Position numbers and translations under genes: made by a program. Positions 31,101-40,268 of a stretch of DNA of 64,000 nucleotides are shown here, one piece after another. Every line of letters starts with the position of its first letter. The first letter of the stretch is position 1. The notes under the pieces were generated by a model that had not been told where the DNA came from, made no database searches, and worked only from the letters and a program-made list of their open reading frames with translations. This DNA is from a virus: positions 32,001 through 96,000 of IMG/VR virus record IMGVR_UViG_3300034122_002202. The stretch is one strand, 5' to 3'.

Positions 31101-34100
31101 AGATGAATATCAACAAGATGCAGCAGGAAAAGTTTTGCTTGCTGGAAAAGTAATTGGAGAAACAAAGCCACTTTCTGGTCGTGGCTCAATGGAAAATATA
31201 TTAAAAAGAAAAGAAGCAGATTACGAAAAACAAACAGGTAGAAAAGCAGGAAAAAACGAAAGAGAAACATTAAAAGGTGATGCACTTTCTGAATATAGAA
31301 CGGCATCAGAAAAACAACTTAGAGCAAAAGCAGTACAAAGTGGTAAACCAATAAGCGAATTAAATCTTCAAGCTACTGCTGATCAATACACTAGGGAATT
31401 TTCTGAAGGAAAAAGAAAAGCTAATTATAATAAACAAGGAGAAATTATTGGAGATAGATCTTTAGCTGGAGATCTTACTGGTAATGCAAGAAGAGGAAAA
31501 ACAAATACTGATTATACTGCCGAAGGCGATTTAACTTCTAAAGGTAAAGTAAAAGACTTTGCTTCTAGAGCAATTTTTGGTGCAAAAAGAACTGACTTTG
31601 AAGCTGGATCAGAAGGGGATCAACAGTTTAAAGAATCAAGAGGAAGTACTTTAGCTAACAGACTAACTACTGCTGCCGTTGGAGCTAGTTTTTTAAGTGA
31701 AAGAATTAAGTCTTCTGGTGGAACAGTAGCGGGAATAGTTTCTAAGGGCGAAGGAGATACTGTAAAAGTAGATGAAGGTGCAGCTTCTAGTTTTAAATCA
31801 GCACAAGCTTTTGGTGCAGCACTAAGTTCAGCAAGTACATATGCTGCTGTTGCTGGTCAATCATTAGCTAAATATGGTCTAGTTGTTGCTGGTGTAGGTG
31901 CTGGATTAGCTGGAATAGTTGGTGCATTTGAAGGCTATCATAATGGAATAAAACAAGCAGAAGCAGAAATAAGAGAAGCAAAGATTGCTCAAGCATTAAA
32001 TAATTTGCAAAATATATTTGAAAGAGTATCAAATGGCTTGCTTGAAGTAAATGATTCTACACTAAGAAAAATATCTGAAAATCAAAAAGTTGTTAGTCAA
32101 GAAAACGCTACAAAAGCATATGAAGAATCTGGTGGCAACAATAGTCGTTTTATGAAAGCCTTAAACACTATTAGTTTTGGACTAACTGGAACTGATGTAA
32201 ATCAAAAAAAGTACAATGAAGCATTATCCAAATCTTCAAAAGAAACTAACGCTGCACAAATAGGGCCATTAACTAATGTTTTAAATAAATATAGTGAACA
32301 AATAGGTAAAGATGCAGCACTTAAAATAAAATCTGGCGGTGGAGATATATCTACAACAAATTTTGAAGATATCAAGGGTGGATTACTTAAAGATTTGAGG
32401 TCTTCTGGTGGCGGTGCAGGGGCCGAACAAATAGCTAAGATTGCTTCTGCTCAAGATATTAGCATTGCAGATGCAGAAAAACAATTTATAAAAACACTGC
32501 AAGAGTCTTTCCAAGCAGAAAAAATAAAGTCTGTAACTACTAAAGCAGTACAAGAAAATGCAAGGGCTATAAATTCAATGCAGTCACTTAGCAATGCAGT
32601 TAATGCTGCTGCTGCATCTGCCGATTCTTTTTCATCAAAGTTAGATACAAATTCATCATTATTTGAAGGTTCAATTGGATCAACAAAGCTAACTTCTTTT
32701 GCAGAAAGAAGCGGTGGATCAACTCCCGATTTTGCAAAATTTAATATGGCAATAACTGAATCTGCTGGATTATTAGGTGCTTATGGACAAGAGTTTAAGA
32801 GTCAAGGTAATGCAGTAAATGCAGCAAGTCAAATTTTACCAGACATTCTTGCACAATCTGTAGCTAATCCAATATCTGGTAAAGAAACAGCAACACAAAT
32901 AACTGATGCATTAAAAGAAGGGTTAAAAGCAAGAGGAATAACAGGTGCTGCTGCTGATCAAGTAGTAAGTTCTGTTGGTGGAAAAGTATCATCAGAAGAC
33001 TTTACTAAATTGTTAGCTGAAGCTGGTGGCGATGTTTCTAAGGCAACCCAAAAATTATTATCTGACATTCGTGATCCACTCATAAGTGCATTTACCGAAA
33101 TAGATAATAAATTAACTGAAGCTGGAAATAAATACATAAGTGGCCTTGAGGATTTAGCAAAAAGACAAAAGGCTATTGGTGATCAAATAGGAAGACTTTC
33201 TGAGTTAAGAAGTAGGTCTAGATCTTTTGCAGCCAATGAAATACAAAGACTTCCTGGGGCACAACAAGGAGTAGCAGAAAACATAAACTTGCAAGGTGCA
33301 AGAAATGATTTTTCTGAACAACAACAAAGACTAACTGGTTTTGGTGCTGGTGCAGCAGAAAATCCTGCTGCCATAGCTTCTAGATTAAAAAACACGCAAC
33401 AACAAATAAGAGTTCAAGAAGAGAAAGTATTAAATACAAACAAGTCTACAAATGGTGGTGCAGAATTTAGAAATGCAGCATTAGAACTAACAAAATTAAA
33501 ATCTCAAGCATCTAATTTAAATGATGCATTAAAAAACCTTACTGATCAATCAAAGAAACTAGAAGCAGCACAAGCTAAACTTGCACAAGTTAGACAAAAT
33601 ATAGATGAAAAAAGAACTTTAGGAAGAAGATTATTAACTCAAAGTCCAGAAGAACAACAAAAAATGTTGCAAGGACAGGCAGTATTTAATCAAGTACAAG
33701 CTAGAGGTGGCAGTCTTCAAGGTATGAGTACTGAGCAAAATGCTATTCTTTTTGATTTTCTAGATAATTTTGGTGCTGCTGGAAAAAAAATACAAGACCA
33801 AATACTTGATGCTAATGGTTATGGTGCTGGCAAAGATGATAAGGCAGAAGAAAAAGCTCTCGTTGCAGAACAAGCTAGAATTTTTGCCCAACAAGAAGAG
33901 GCACAAAGACAGATAATAGCTAATCAGCAATCATTGCAACAAGACTATTTTAGTAATTTAGATTCAAGAAATGAAAAGTTTTATTCTGAGTTGCAAAAGT
34001 TTATTCAAGAGATGCAGAAGAACACATTAATAGCAGAAAAAGGAAAAGAACAACAAAAAGCAGCACAGATTAAAGATGTTCAAAAAGAAGGCAAGTTTTT

Positions 34101-37100
34101 AGGTGAATCTGGATTTAATACTAAAGAAGATTTTGAAAAATTAAATACATATAAAGGACAAGTTGAAGATTTAGCAAAAAACAAACAAGAACAAAAAAGA
34201 TTAGCCGAAGCAAATTCTAAGTCTATTAGGACTCGTATAAAAACAGATGATAATAATGTAATTACTAATACTACTGATATTGAGAGCGATTTAGTAAAAC
34301 AAGGTGGATATAAAGCAAGTGAAGCTACAAAAATAAGAGAAATTACGCAAGAAAAACTTTCTGAGGGAAATAATGCAAGTGATTCGTTAAGATTGGCAAA
34401 AGAACAATTTCAGCAACAAAGAGGGGATGAACTTAATGCACAACAAACAAAAATACAAGATAATTTTAAAGCTTCTGGAATTGAAGAAAAATTAAATAGT
34501 TTAGTACAAAAATTAGCTGGTAATGAAATATCATTTGTTCAATTCGATAGAGCTTTAGCTAGCGTTAAAGAACTTCAACTTGGAGTTGGTGAAGGATTAT
34601 CTACTGCTGCAATAGGTGCTGAAGCAAGAATAAAAGCTTTAAATGAAGCTATAAATGGACTTGGTGGAATTCAACAATTGCCAAATGCAGAAGCCAAACC
34701 TCAAGTTTCAGCTTTTGCTGTTGGTGGTTCAGTATTTAAACCAAGGGGTACAGATACAGTTCCTGCAATGTTGACACCAGGAGAATTTGTAGTAAATAGA
34801 AGTGCTACACAACAAAATCTACCATTATTACAATCTATAAATAGTGGAAAAACATCTTATCTTAGTGGTGGTGGAAAAGTTGGGTATTATGAAGATGGTG
34901 CTACTCCTGTTGAAAATAAACCACTTAATTACAATCAAGAATTTATTGAAAGTGATGAATATAAAAACGCTACTAAGACAAAATATTTGCAAGTAAATAG
35001 TTTTTCTGGAGATTTAGAATCTAAAGCATTTAAACTACAAAAAGATAAAACAAATAACGATTATTTAAAAGAATCAAATGTGATTTTTGGTTCTTTTAGA
35101 GGATTAACTTCAACTATAAATAAAGCTATTTCAAATAGTAATGAAAAAGAAAATATAAGTAAAATATACAGTAAAAACTTTACAACATCAGCAAATGATT
35201 TTATTAAAGAAAGAAAAGATATAAAAGAATTGGGTATTGATGGACTATACAATCATAATGACTTTGCTTATGATCTTGAACTAAAAAATCCAACAGCATC
35301 TATTTTAGATTTTTTTAATAAACAAGCAGAAAAGGATGCATCATCAAGGAATACTGGAATAAATAGTTTTGAAAGTCAAAAAGAAAAACTTAAAAATAAA
35401 ATAGCTGCAAAAAAATCACTAACAAATGCTCTTGGTGGAGGACTTAGTATATTATCTGGTGGAATATTAAATCTAACGCCCACTTATTCAGAATTTGACA
35501 ATTTTTTTCCAACCACTAAACTTGGTAAAAAACAAAAAGAAGTGGAAACTTCATCTAAAGATTATGTTGATTTTGCATTAGGAGTAAAACAAAAAGGTGA
35601 TCCAGAACAGATGGATTATACGCAAGATGTTGCTAACGCAAGAAAACAATTTGACAAAAGAAAAGCAGAAGAAAGACAAAAAATAATAGATGAACAACAA
35701 AAATTAAAAAATGAAAAAGAAGGGCAGTTTAAAAAAGACACATCAGGAAAATTAGACACTTCAAATGTTTTAGATAAACAAGGTGTTATTGCAAAAACAA
35801 AAGATATAGAAAAACAAAAAACAAAACTTAAAGAGTCAGGCATTCAAGGTGACTATGTAAATAGCGGATCAATTAATGAAGTAGGAGCACAAAATGTAGA
35901 TAAATTTATTAAAGAAAAGGGTGCAAAAGAAGACAATTATTTCTTTAGAAGAAAAGGAAGTCCAGAAGCTATAGCAAAAATATATTTGCAAAGAGAGGCA
36001 CAGGCACAGGCTATTATTGGAAAAATGAAGTTGATACAAAATGATCCAAATATAAATTTAGAAAAAATTGATCCTAAAGTTTCTTTTGCAACTGGACAAA
36101 AAGAACTTCAAAAATTAATAAATGGACAAGAAACAGCTATAGATAAAAAATCACTATCAAATATATCACCAGGACAAAAGAAAATAGTTGGTTCATTTAT
36201 AACTATGAACTCTTTTGAAAGTGCTGCAACTTCAAAAGGTCCAGAAATGGATTCATATATAGAAACATATGGAAAAGCCATAAATAAAGATCCACAAGTT
36301 TTAATTGAAAAATTAATAAAGGCAAAAGAAAAAAGATCTGATATTAGCGGTGATCCAGAATTTATAACTGCACAAGCACAAGGCATATTTGAAGCTTTGA
36401 TGTTTTTAGATAGAGAAGCTAAAGCCAATAAAGTATTTGCAAATAGAAATCAAATAAAAAAAGGAAAAGGTTTGCTTGGTGTTTTAGAAGAAAAATCTGA
36501 AAAAAACATTAAGTCTTTTACAAAGTTTGGAAAATTAAAAGGAAATATAGATGATAAAGGATTAGGGAATGTAGATTTTGGTGCAAAAGACCCTACGGAA
36601 GTAGACTTTAATACAACTAATTTTAGAACTGCTATTCCACCACAAAGCATAGAAGATATTAAGAAATTGGCATCTTCTAAAAATGGCATCAATAACAATT
36701 TACTTACGGATCTTGGAGCAACAGCAAGCATTAGCAATTATGGATACTTAAATTTTCCTACAGTAAAAGACGATGTTGTTTTAGGATTAGAAAAAGATGG
36801 CGGTTTGTTTAAAGTAAATTCTTTCCCAAAACAAGACGCTGAAGGAAAAACAACATTTGAAAGACAAGCAAAAATTGCATTATTAGAAAATAAAAATACA
36901 TATCAACAACTAGTGGAAATATCAAAACAAATCAAAGGAACGCCAAGCGTTGATCTTAAAGGCCCATCAGCAAATGTTCAAGCTAATCCTAATCAAAATG
37001 TTAATACTTTTGATCCAAATGGAGATCCAGCACAACAAATTAAACAAATACAAAAAGAAAAACAAAATGCAAAAGCAATAGAAGCAAAAGAAACAAAAAC

Positions 37101-39204
37101 AACAAGAAGAGATGTTAAAAATTTAAATAAAATTGAAAACCCTAGATTTAATGTTGGTCAAAGAGTTCCTACTAGAGATGAATTTCAAAACGACACAGTA
37201 GATTTATTTAAAAACTTTGTAGAACTTAAAAACACTCTTTATAGACAAAAATCAAAAGAACTTATTGTAGGACAAGATTCAGATAAAATAGTTAATACCG
37301 ATCAAAGCTTATATGAAGGAGAAAAAGAAGCTCAATATGGAAATAATCTTCTAGCATCTTCATTTAAATATTTTACAAGAGATCCAAATGCTCAAAAATT
37401 AGATTATAGCATAAGAGAAATAAGTACTTATTTTCCTATTGAAGAACCATACACATATAAGTTAAATAGGTATCCAGAACTTTTAGCAAAGATCGCTAAT
37501 TTTTATAAATTTGGAGAACAAACAGAAGGATCTCCAGAGTATGTAAAGTCTGTTGCTAAATTAAAAAATGATGCAGAAGTAGATACTAAAGCTTTATCTG
37601 TGTCAGTTCAAAATGCAAAGAAAATGGAAGATTATTATGATTCATTAATACAACAAAATAATCTTTTATTAGAACCTCCTACTGCACCAACACCAGTTGG
37701 TTTTGACCCAACAAGGTTTGCGACACAAAATAGTCAAATACCTATATATAGAGCAACTGGCGGTAATGTTCCATCATATAGACCAAATCCTAATCCATCT
37801 TACTTTAAGCCTAAAGGTACAGATACAGTACCCGCTATGTTATCCCCTGGTGAGTTTGTAATAAATGCTGGTGCTACTGCCAAACATGGCGATTTATTAA
37901 GTGCGATAAATAGTGGGCAAGATGTTGGGTATTCTGCCACTGGTGGTTTAATAGAATATCTTGCTTATGGAGACAATGCAACTAGCTTTAACAAGCGATT
38001 AAAAAATGCTGGCATTACTCAAAAAGGAATGATGGAAGCAATTCAATCTGGTGATCAGCAGCAGATATATGAAATGAATCTTAAAGCAGGAGATGCACAG
38101 AGAAATAGTAGAAATGAAGCTCTTAGTAAAAATCTTGAAAAGCAACTTGGATTTAATTTCTTTAAGGGATCAGATGCTAATAAAAAAAGAGGCGTAGAAA
38201 GAATTGGAGATGCAGGAAACTATGGTGAAGGACCACAAGAGGTTGGTTCATATGCAATAGAAACTAAACCAATACAAATAGCAAAAATTGAAGCACAAGC
38301 ACAAAAAAAACAAAAATCGCAACAACAAATGACTATGCCATTACGCCCACCTACTCAACAAACAACAACAACTCCACCAGATCCAAAAGATAAGAAACCA
38401 GATACCACAGGTGCAGCAACAACAACACAAACACAAAGTATAGGGGAAATAGAACAGTTAAAAGCCAAGATGGCAGCATTACAAGAACAACAGGATGCTA
38501 TGGCCAATGAAGAATTATACTTTTTTAAAGGTGGAATGCCAACATCTAGTTCTGACACTATTCCAGCCATGTTAACTCCAGGTGAGTTTGTCGTTAACGC
38601 AAGATCATCATCTAAGAACGCATCTTTGTTACACGCAATAAATACTGGAAAAGATGTTGAAGGCTTTGCAAATGGTGGTACTGTTGGTTATTATGCTGGA
38701 GGAAAAACAGGTGGTGGAGGAAAAACATCTAGCTTACTTTTGCAAGCTGCAATAACATTTAATAATGGAACATCAAGATTTGATGCTGCTATATCAAGAA
38801 TGAACAGGCCTGATGGCGGTTCTAACAATAACAATCAAATAAACATAGCAAAGTCTAGTTTTGAAGAACTTTCAAGAATATTAAAAACTGAAATAAAAAT
38901 AGGATCAGGACCAATAGACAAATTTAATAATGCAGTTACACAATTTGGTACAAACTTAACAGGATTTAACAGTGGATTTAGTTCATCATTAGAAAAATTT
39001 AAAACATATGCAGATGAATTAAATGCTGCAATAAGTAGAATACCAGGAACATTAAACTTACAAATAATTGGAAACTTAAATGCTTCTTTAAATGTTAGTT
39101 TTGATGTAAATAGTGTTTATATGGCAGTAACAGATGCTACCACATCCCTAAAAGGATGGATAACTAGTGAAATAAGTAGGCAAATAACAGATGAAATGGC
39201 TTAG
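25120..39204 (+). CDS. Giant tail tape measure protein (4694 aa) with inserted domains
   Basis: N-terminal TP901-family TMP core (AVDFDREM...VNAVAGEFAVEA...TTRESAESIGTGLRTIFTR), hydrophobic Gly/Ala segments, coiled coils, and repeated DxVPAMLxPGE motifs. Confidence 0.93.
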   Translation: MAFNLTAQLNIALNSASLRNASSQINSALNTNTQIKLGIDRNSSSGLGQIKSQISEATDSMENFGRQAGFAAKRFAAFAVTAGSIIAFTNTMKEAVSAAVDFDREMIRLRQVSSDTVQDVAAVGDQVTNLSKNLGVSSKDLIGVAVVLKQANLTLSETKDALEAMAQAALAPNFDNLKDTTEGAIAIMKQFKVEAKDLGAALGSVNAVAGEFAVEASDIIEAIRKTGGAFKAAGGQLNELIALFTSVRQTTRESAESIGTGLRTIFTRIQRNDTANALKEVGINLRYTAEEARALGDVGLEQQFVGPYEAVKRLSAGLSELRSTDPRFSAIVEQLGGYRQISKVIPLIQEFATAQKALGIAQAGSVSLAVNAGQAQDALAVKLQKLKESFFEVGRSIVNSPGFRSLADTFIGAATSVLSLINSLKGLLPLFTALAAVKIGQGLGSFATGFVKGAGADTSSIKKTGSARKADGGFLRMQKGGIVPGSGTGDKVPALLEPGELVVPRNQVVRQKYNQENMPGNAGEVKSATIKGRQRLKNKEGQNLFSTLDLPQNTRKISVSEWLSKKIPGSENIDVDDEKQVSEYLAKKKKNKSNKAKKETHFTHGDLGYTYEIKDASGQTTQTKHYSNIGIDLPSNWNLDWNKQPNHIFVKGKTLQNYIQKRNVFKTFQGKGSTSSLYTTKDLKEFFSKKENIKNAKSILINSINADQKYDIDPQVSNSLEPAFANINNLINKFHDKEEGNQNFGITAFSKNKKIIRVPKNTGGSVNRQRFMEGEEVTHRKAFLDNSFNPGMKLKSALQDTPRIIFKRQPKEYEKFPNMDHTSPHFEQFSEMFVGSRKASQFKRAVEYQRLYQEALKNNDVESANKYDKLNKLPANMRLLAAAKALPSAQEKARTNSFEDGNFDYEKNLLVNYSGKKTTTRHELGAHAAAYGASKEGSPLANSLFGSIGRRMGAYGKGSGETTLISEMQAHTIQSAKQKDKINSLKEFISSEKMAKLYKSEAHGTLADSMQKGSEIPTAGVLGGRHKDIEIDVLKRMMQDAYGDNPEVLAEKMSLLNPSDSSNRVNFGALFADSKETKRYAFGGNVGRQMFADGDKATAKPQSFEEFSKGLNPKQLADFKEKIKSAKQIIVNARTSGSMKLKSVGFNFLGTKFNMIPNKDLADKGSAKSKDGKPTYDLKGVKSLDELLSKIPPNYSEELRAKIGRAQDKFLGTKNIKDLKFAYDFGDKRGPLNIQLEKDVIKFGSIASFPWKPKTRKEKRTEELRIATERNARKKAENIDKSRQKSETASGLSSLISSIDEENQQNKFYGIARDTKVFEGSDQYKELQKKLALDRQRREGRGLPNSTESVEPENLIGINENYKAIQPISGTSPQAQKLRMQMEEREFQGPIIGIAKNQKTKKEPRVKKTESERYKLARTQSAPRQEKTLFDESELSKIGTYQTQEQKFKDNADKIKRFRDAASESARVKFNLNPRQQRRAIANENLADNLMSLRSKGTGKPIVSQAQAVAPAPAPASIAAQATNRNSAVESVILKALAGKQSEFWKTLREKVGDNESINKALASLQDQGKVVGDPNKIGFYLLAEKNKVAKTRKTKPVVSEPITTTSTRAPSPQIPEDSYNPYGKPKKPRAKKNTASSAQQSNFYNAQESEYQKLLDSINAQSRSKKVSRFASGGLVPGTGNSDTVPMDLPEGSFVIRKSSVNKIGADNLAKASRFANGGIVPALLTPGEYVYSPEEASKIGSSKLHAMNKFAKFARGGPIGLGRSGKFDPNNPDDIKKLKETLEEQLRYEDPNKDENTVQIEVKQNTDEIQRRAQQYTSDENARQQAETTVNSRNALVARQRGRVGASQQNVNAARSNVQSATTARDSYIDEANTQRGLVASNRQEATRQQARITSLTARGASATDPRLIAANAALIAATTAEATARNLQARATRNAISANNQVVANTNTLNGLLVTHGQEVRNLTRAENAATTAVQGLEAATLKAEGSAQLLDEYQQDAAGKVLLAGKVIGETKPLSGRGSMENILKRKEADYEKQTGRKAGKNERETLKGDALSEYRTASEKQLRAKAVQSGKPISELNLQATADQYTREFSEGKRKANYNKQGEIIGDRSLAGDLTGNARRGKTNTDYTAEGDLTSKGKVKDFASRAIFGAKRTDFEAGSEGDQQFKESRGSTLANRLTTAAVGASFLSERIKSSGGTVAGIVSKGEGDTVKVDEGAASSFKSAQAFGAALSSASTYAAVAGQSLAKYGLVVAGVGAGLAGIVGAFEGYHNGIKQAEAEIREAKIAQALNNLQNIFERVSNGLLEVNDSTLRKISENQKVVSQENATKAYEESGGNNSRFMKALNTISFGLTGTDVNQKKYNEALSKSSKETNAAQIGPLTNVLNKYSEQIGKDAALKIKSGGGDISTTNFEDIKGGLLKDLRSSGGGAGAEQIAKIASAQDISIADAEKQFIKTLQESFQAEKIKSVTTKAVQENARAINSMQSLSNAVNAAAASADSFSSKLDTNSSLFEGSIGSTKLTSFAERSGGSTPDFAKFNMAITESAGLLGAYGQEFKSQGNAVNAASQILPDILAQSVANPISGKETATQITDALKEGLKARGITGAAADQVVSSVGGKVSSEDFTKLLAEAGGDVSKATQKLLSDIRDPLISAFTEIDNKLTEAGNKYISGLEDLAKRQKAIGDQIGRLSELRSRSRSFAANEIQRLPGAQQGVAENINLQGARNDFSEQQQRLTGFGAGAAENPAAIASRLKNTQQQIRVQEEKVLNTNKSTNGGAEFRNAALELTKLKSQASNLNDALKNLTDQSKKLEAAQAKLAQVRQNIDEKRTLGRRLLTQSPEEQQKMLQGQAVFNQVQARGGSLQGMSTEQNAILFDFLDNFGAAGKKIQDQILDANGYGAGKDDKAEEKALVAEQARIFAQQEEAQRQIIANQQSLQQDYFSNLDSRNEKFYSELQKFIQEMQKNTLIAEKGKEQQKAAQIKDVQKEGKFLGESGFNTKEDFEKLNTYKGQVEDLAKNKQEQKRLAEANSKSIRTRIKTDDNNVITNTTDIESDLVKQGGYKASEATKIREITQEKLSEGNNASDSLRLAKEQFQQQRGDELNAQQTKIQDNFKASGIEEKLNSLVQKLAGNEISFVQFDRALASVKELQLGVGEGLSTAAIGAEARIKALNEAINGLGGIQQLPNAEAKPQVSAFAVGGSVFKPRGTDTVPAMLTPGEFVVNRSATQQNLPLLQSINSGKTSYLSGGGKVGYYEDGATPVENKPLNYNQEFIESDEYKNATKTKYLQVNSFSGDLESKAFKLQKDKTNNDYLKESNVIFGSFRGLTSTINKAISNSNEKENISKIYSKNFTTSANDFIKERKDIKELGIDGLYNHNDFAYDLELKNPTASILDFFNKQAEKDASSRNTGINSFESQKEKLKNKIAAKKSLTNALGGGLSILSGGILNLTPTYSEFDNFFPTTKLGKKQKEVETSSKDYVDFALGVKQKGDPEQMDYTQDVANARKQFDKRKAEERQKIIDEQQKLKNEKEGQFKKDTSGKLDTSNVLDKQGVIAKTKDIEKQKTKLKESGIQGDYVNSGSINEVGAQNVDKFIKEKGAKEDNYFFRRKGSPEAIAKIYLQREAQAQAIIGKMKLIQNDPNINLEKIDPKVSFATGQKELQKLINGQETAIDKKSLSNISPGQKKIVGSFITMNSFESAATSKGPEMDSYIETYGKAINKDPQVLIEKLIKAKEKRSDISGDPEFITAQAQGIFEALMFLDREAKANKVFANRNQIKKGKGLLGVLEEKSEKNIKSFTKFGKLKGNIDDKGLGNVDFGAKDPTEVDFNTTNFRTAIPPQSIEDIKKLASSKNGINNNLLTDLGATASISNYGYLNFPTVKDDVVLGLEKDGGLFKVNSFPKQDAEGKTTFERQAKIALLENKNTYQQLVEISKQIKGTPSVDLKGPSANVQANPNQNVNTFDPNGDPAQQIKQIQKEKQNAKAIEAKETKTTRRDVKNLNKIENPRFNVGQRVPTRDEFQNDTVDLFKNFVELKNTLYRQKSKELIVGQDSDKIVNTDQSLYEGEKEAQYGNNLLASSFKYFTRDPNAQKLDYSIREISTYFPIEEPYTYKLNRYPELLAKIANFYKFGEQTEGSPEYVKSVAKLKNDAEVDTKALSVSVQNAKKMEDYYDSLIQQNNLLLEPPTAPTPVGFDPTRFATQNSQIPIYRATGGNVPSYRPNPNPSYFKPKGTDTVPAMLSPGEFVINAGATAKHGDLLSAINSGQDVGYSATGGLIEYLAYGDNATSFNKRLKNAGITQKGMMEAIQSGDQQQIYEMNLKAGDAQRNSRNEALSKNLEKQLGFNFFKGSDANKKRGVERIGDAGNYGEGPQEVGSYAIETKPIQIAKIEAQAQKKQKSQQQMTMPLRPPTQQTTTTPPDPKDKKPDTTGAATTTQTQSIGEIEQLKAKMAALQEQQDAMANEELYFFKGGMPTSSSDTIPAMLTPGEFVVNARSSSKNASLLHAINTGKDVEGFANGGTVGYYAGGKTGGGGKTSSLLLQAAITFNNGTSRFDAAISRMNRPDGGSNNNNQINIAKSSFEELSRILKTEIKIGSGPIDKFNNAVTQFGTNLTGFNSGFSSSLEKFKTYADELNAAISRIPGTLNLQIIGNLNASLNVSFDVNSVYMAVTDATTSLKGWITSEISRQITDEMA

Positions 39205-39213
39205 GGTATAAAA

Positions 39214-40266
39214 ATGGCAAATTATATTATTACTGGTGCTGGCAGCGGTGGAAATTTTAATGGCACATTTGTGTTTGTTAGCGGTTACTTATATGAAAAT
39301 AGCGTAGATTCAAATTACACACTAGATTATGACTCAGGACTATCTCAATGGGTTATTCGTTATCTTTCAGATGTTTATTATTATAATACCGCAAGTGCAG
39401 GAAGCCCACCACTATCTGGATGGTTTGTATCATTAGGTTTGCCATTAGCACCAACAATAATACTGATTCCACCAAAAAACATATTTAATACAAAAAATTT
39501 ATTTTTAAAATCTGCTTTTGAAAATAATGTTTCTTTATATATAAAATCATCTTTATTTAGTGCTAATTTATTACCTCTATATTTAGAAGCACACACACAA
39601 AAAGAAACAGAATTATATATAAAATCTTTTCCTCAAAGTTCAATTAATTTATTTATAAAATATTGGTATGAATATCAAGATAGTCAAGAGCTTTATATAA
39701 AAGCATTTATGGAATCGAGTAAAAGTTTATATATATCTAGTTTGGCTACACCTTTAGCAAATACTAATATAGATTTTAATATTTATGGCTCAACAGTAGA
39801 CACACAAATAAATGTTGTTGATCTATATATAAGTAGCATTACACAAAAGAATTTTGAATTATTTTTAAAGGTCAGCAATATAGGCAATAGTACAAATTTT
39901 ATTAATTTCTTTATTGATGGCAGTTTTGAAAATTTAAAAATGTTTGAAAGTTTAAATCTTTATTTGAGCAACGAATATAAATCAGTTTATAATTCATTAA
40001 ACATAACAATAATTGGTCTTGGAACTACATTTAATGGAATACCAAATAATTCATCTATGAACATGTTTATACAAAGAAATATTGAGGCAACTTGGAATTC
40101 TGTTCCTTTAATCGCTTATGGTGCTTCTCCTGCAATAACTAGCAGTATTGACTTTAATATATATACAAAAGATACTTATTTTGATTCAATAGAGTTAGTA
40201 ATTCCAGAAATAAATCAACCATTTAATGGTAATGTAGAATTATACACTCATGGTTTTGAGGATTAA
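39214..40266 (+). CDS. Tail-associated protein with GAG..NG module and L(Y/F)(I/L)K repeats
   Basis: N-terminus homologous to the modules of 1629..3854; L(Y/F)(I/L)x repeats spaced about 11-15 aa apart. Confidence 0.55.
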   Translation: MANYIITGAGSGGNFNGTFVFVSGYLYENSVDSNYTLDYDSGLSQWVIRYLSDVYYYNTASAGSPPLSGWFVSLGLPLAPTIILIPPKNIFNTKNLFLKSAFENNVSLYIKSSLFSANLLPLYLEAHTQKETELYIKSFPQSSINLFIKYWYEYQDSQELYIKAFMESSKSLYISSLATPLANTNIDFNIYGSTVDTQINVVDLYISSITQKNFELFLKVSNIGNSTNFINFFIDGSFENLKMFESLNLYLSNEYKSVYNSLNITIIGLGTTFNGIPNNSSMNMFIQRNIEATWNSVPLIAYGASPAITSSIDFNIYTKDTYFDSIELVIPEINQPFNGNVELYTHGFED

Positions 40267-40268
40267 AT

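Noticed and set aside
25275-38570. Many short minus-strand ORFs inside the TMP
   Set aside because: Antisense shadows of a codon-biased long gene; no RBS or recognisable motifs.
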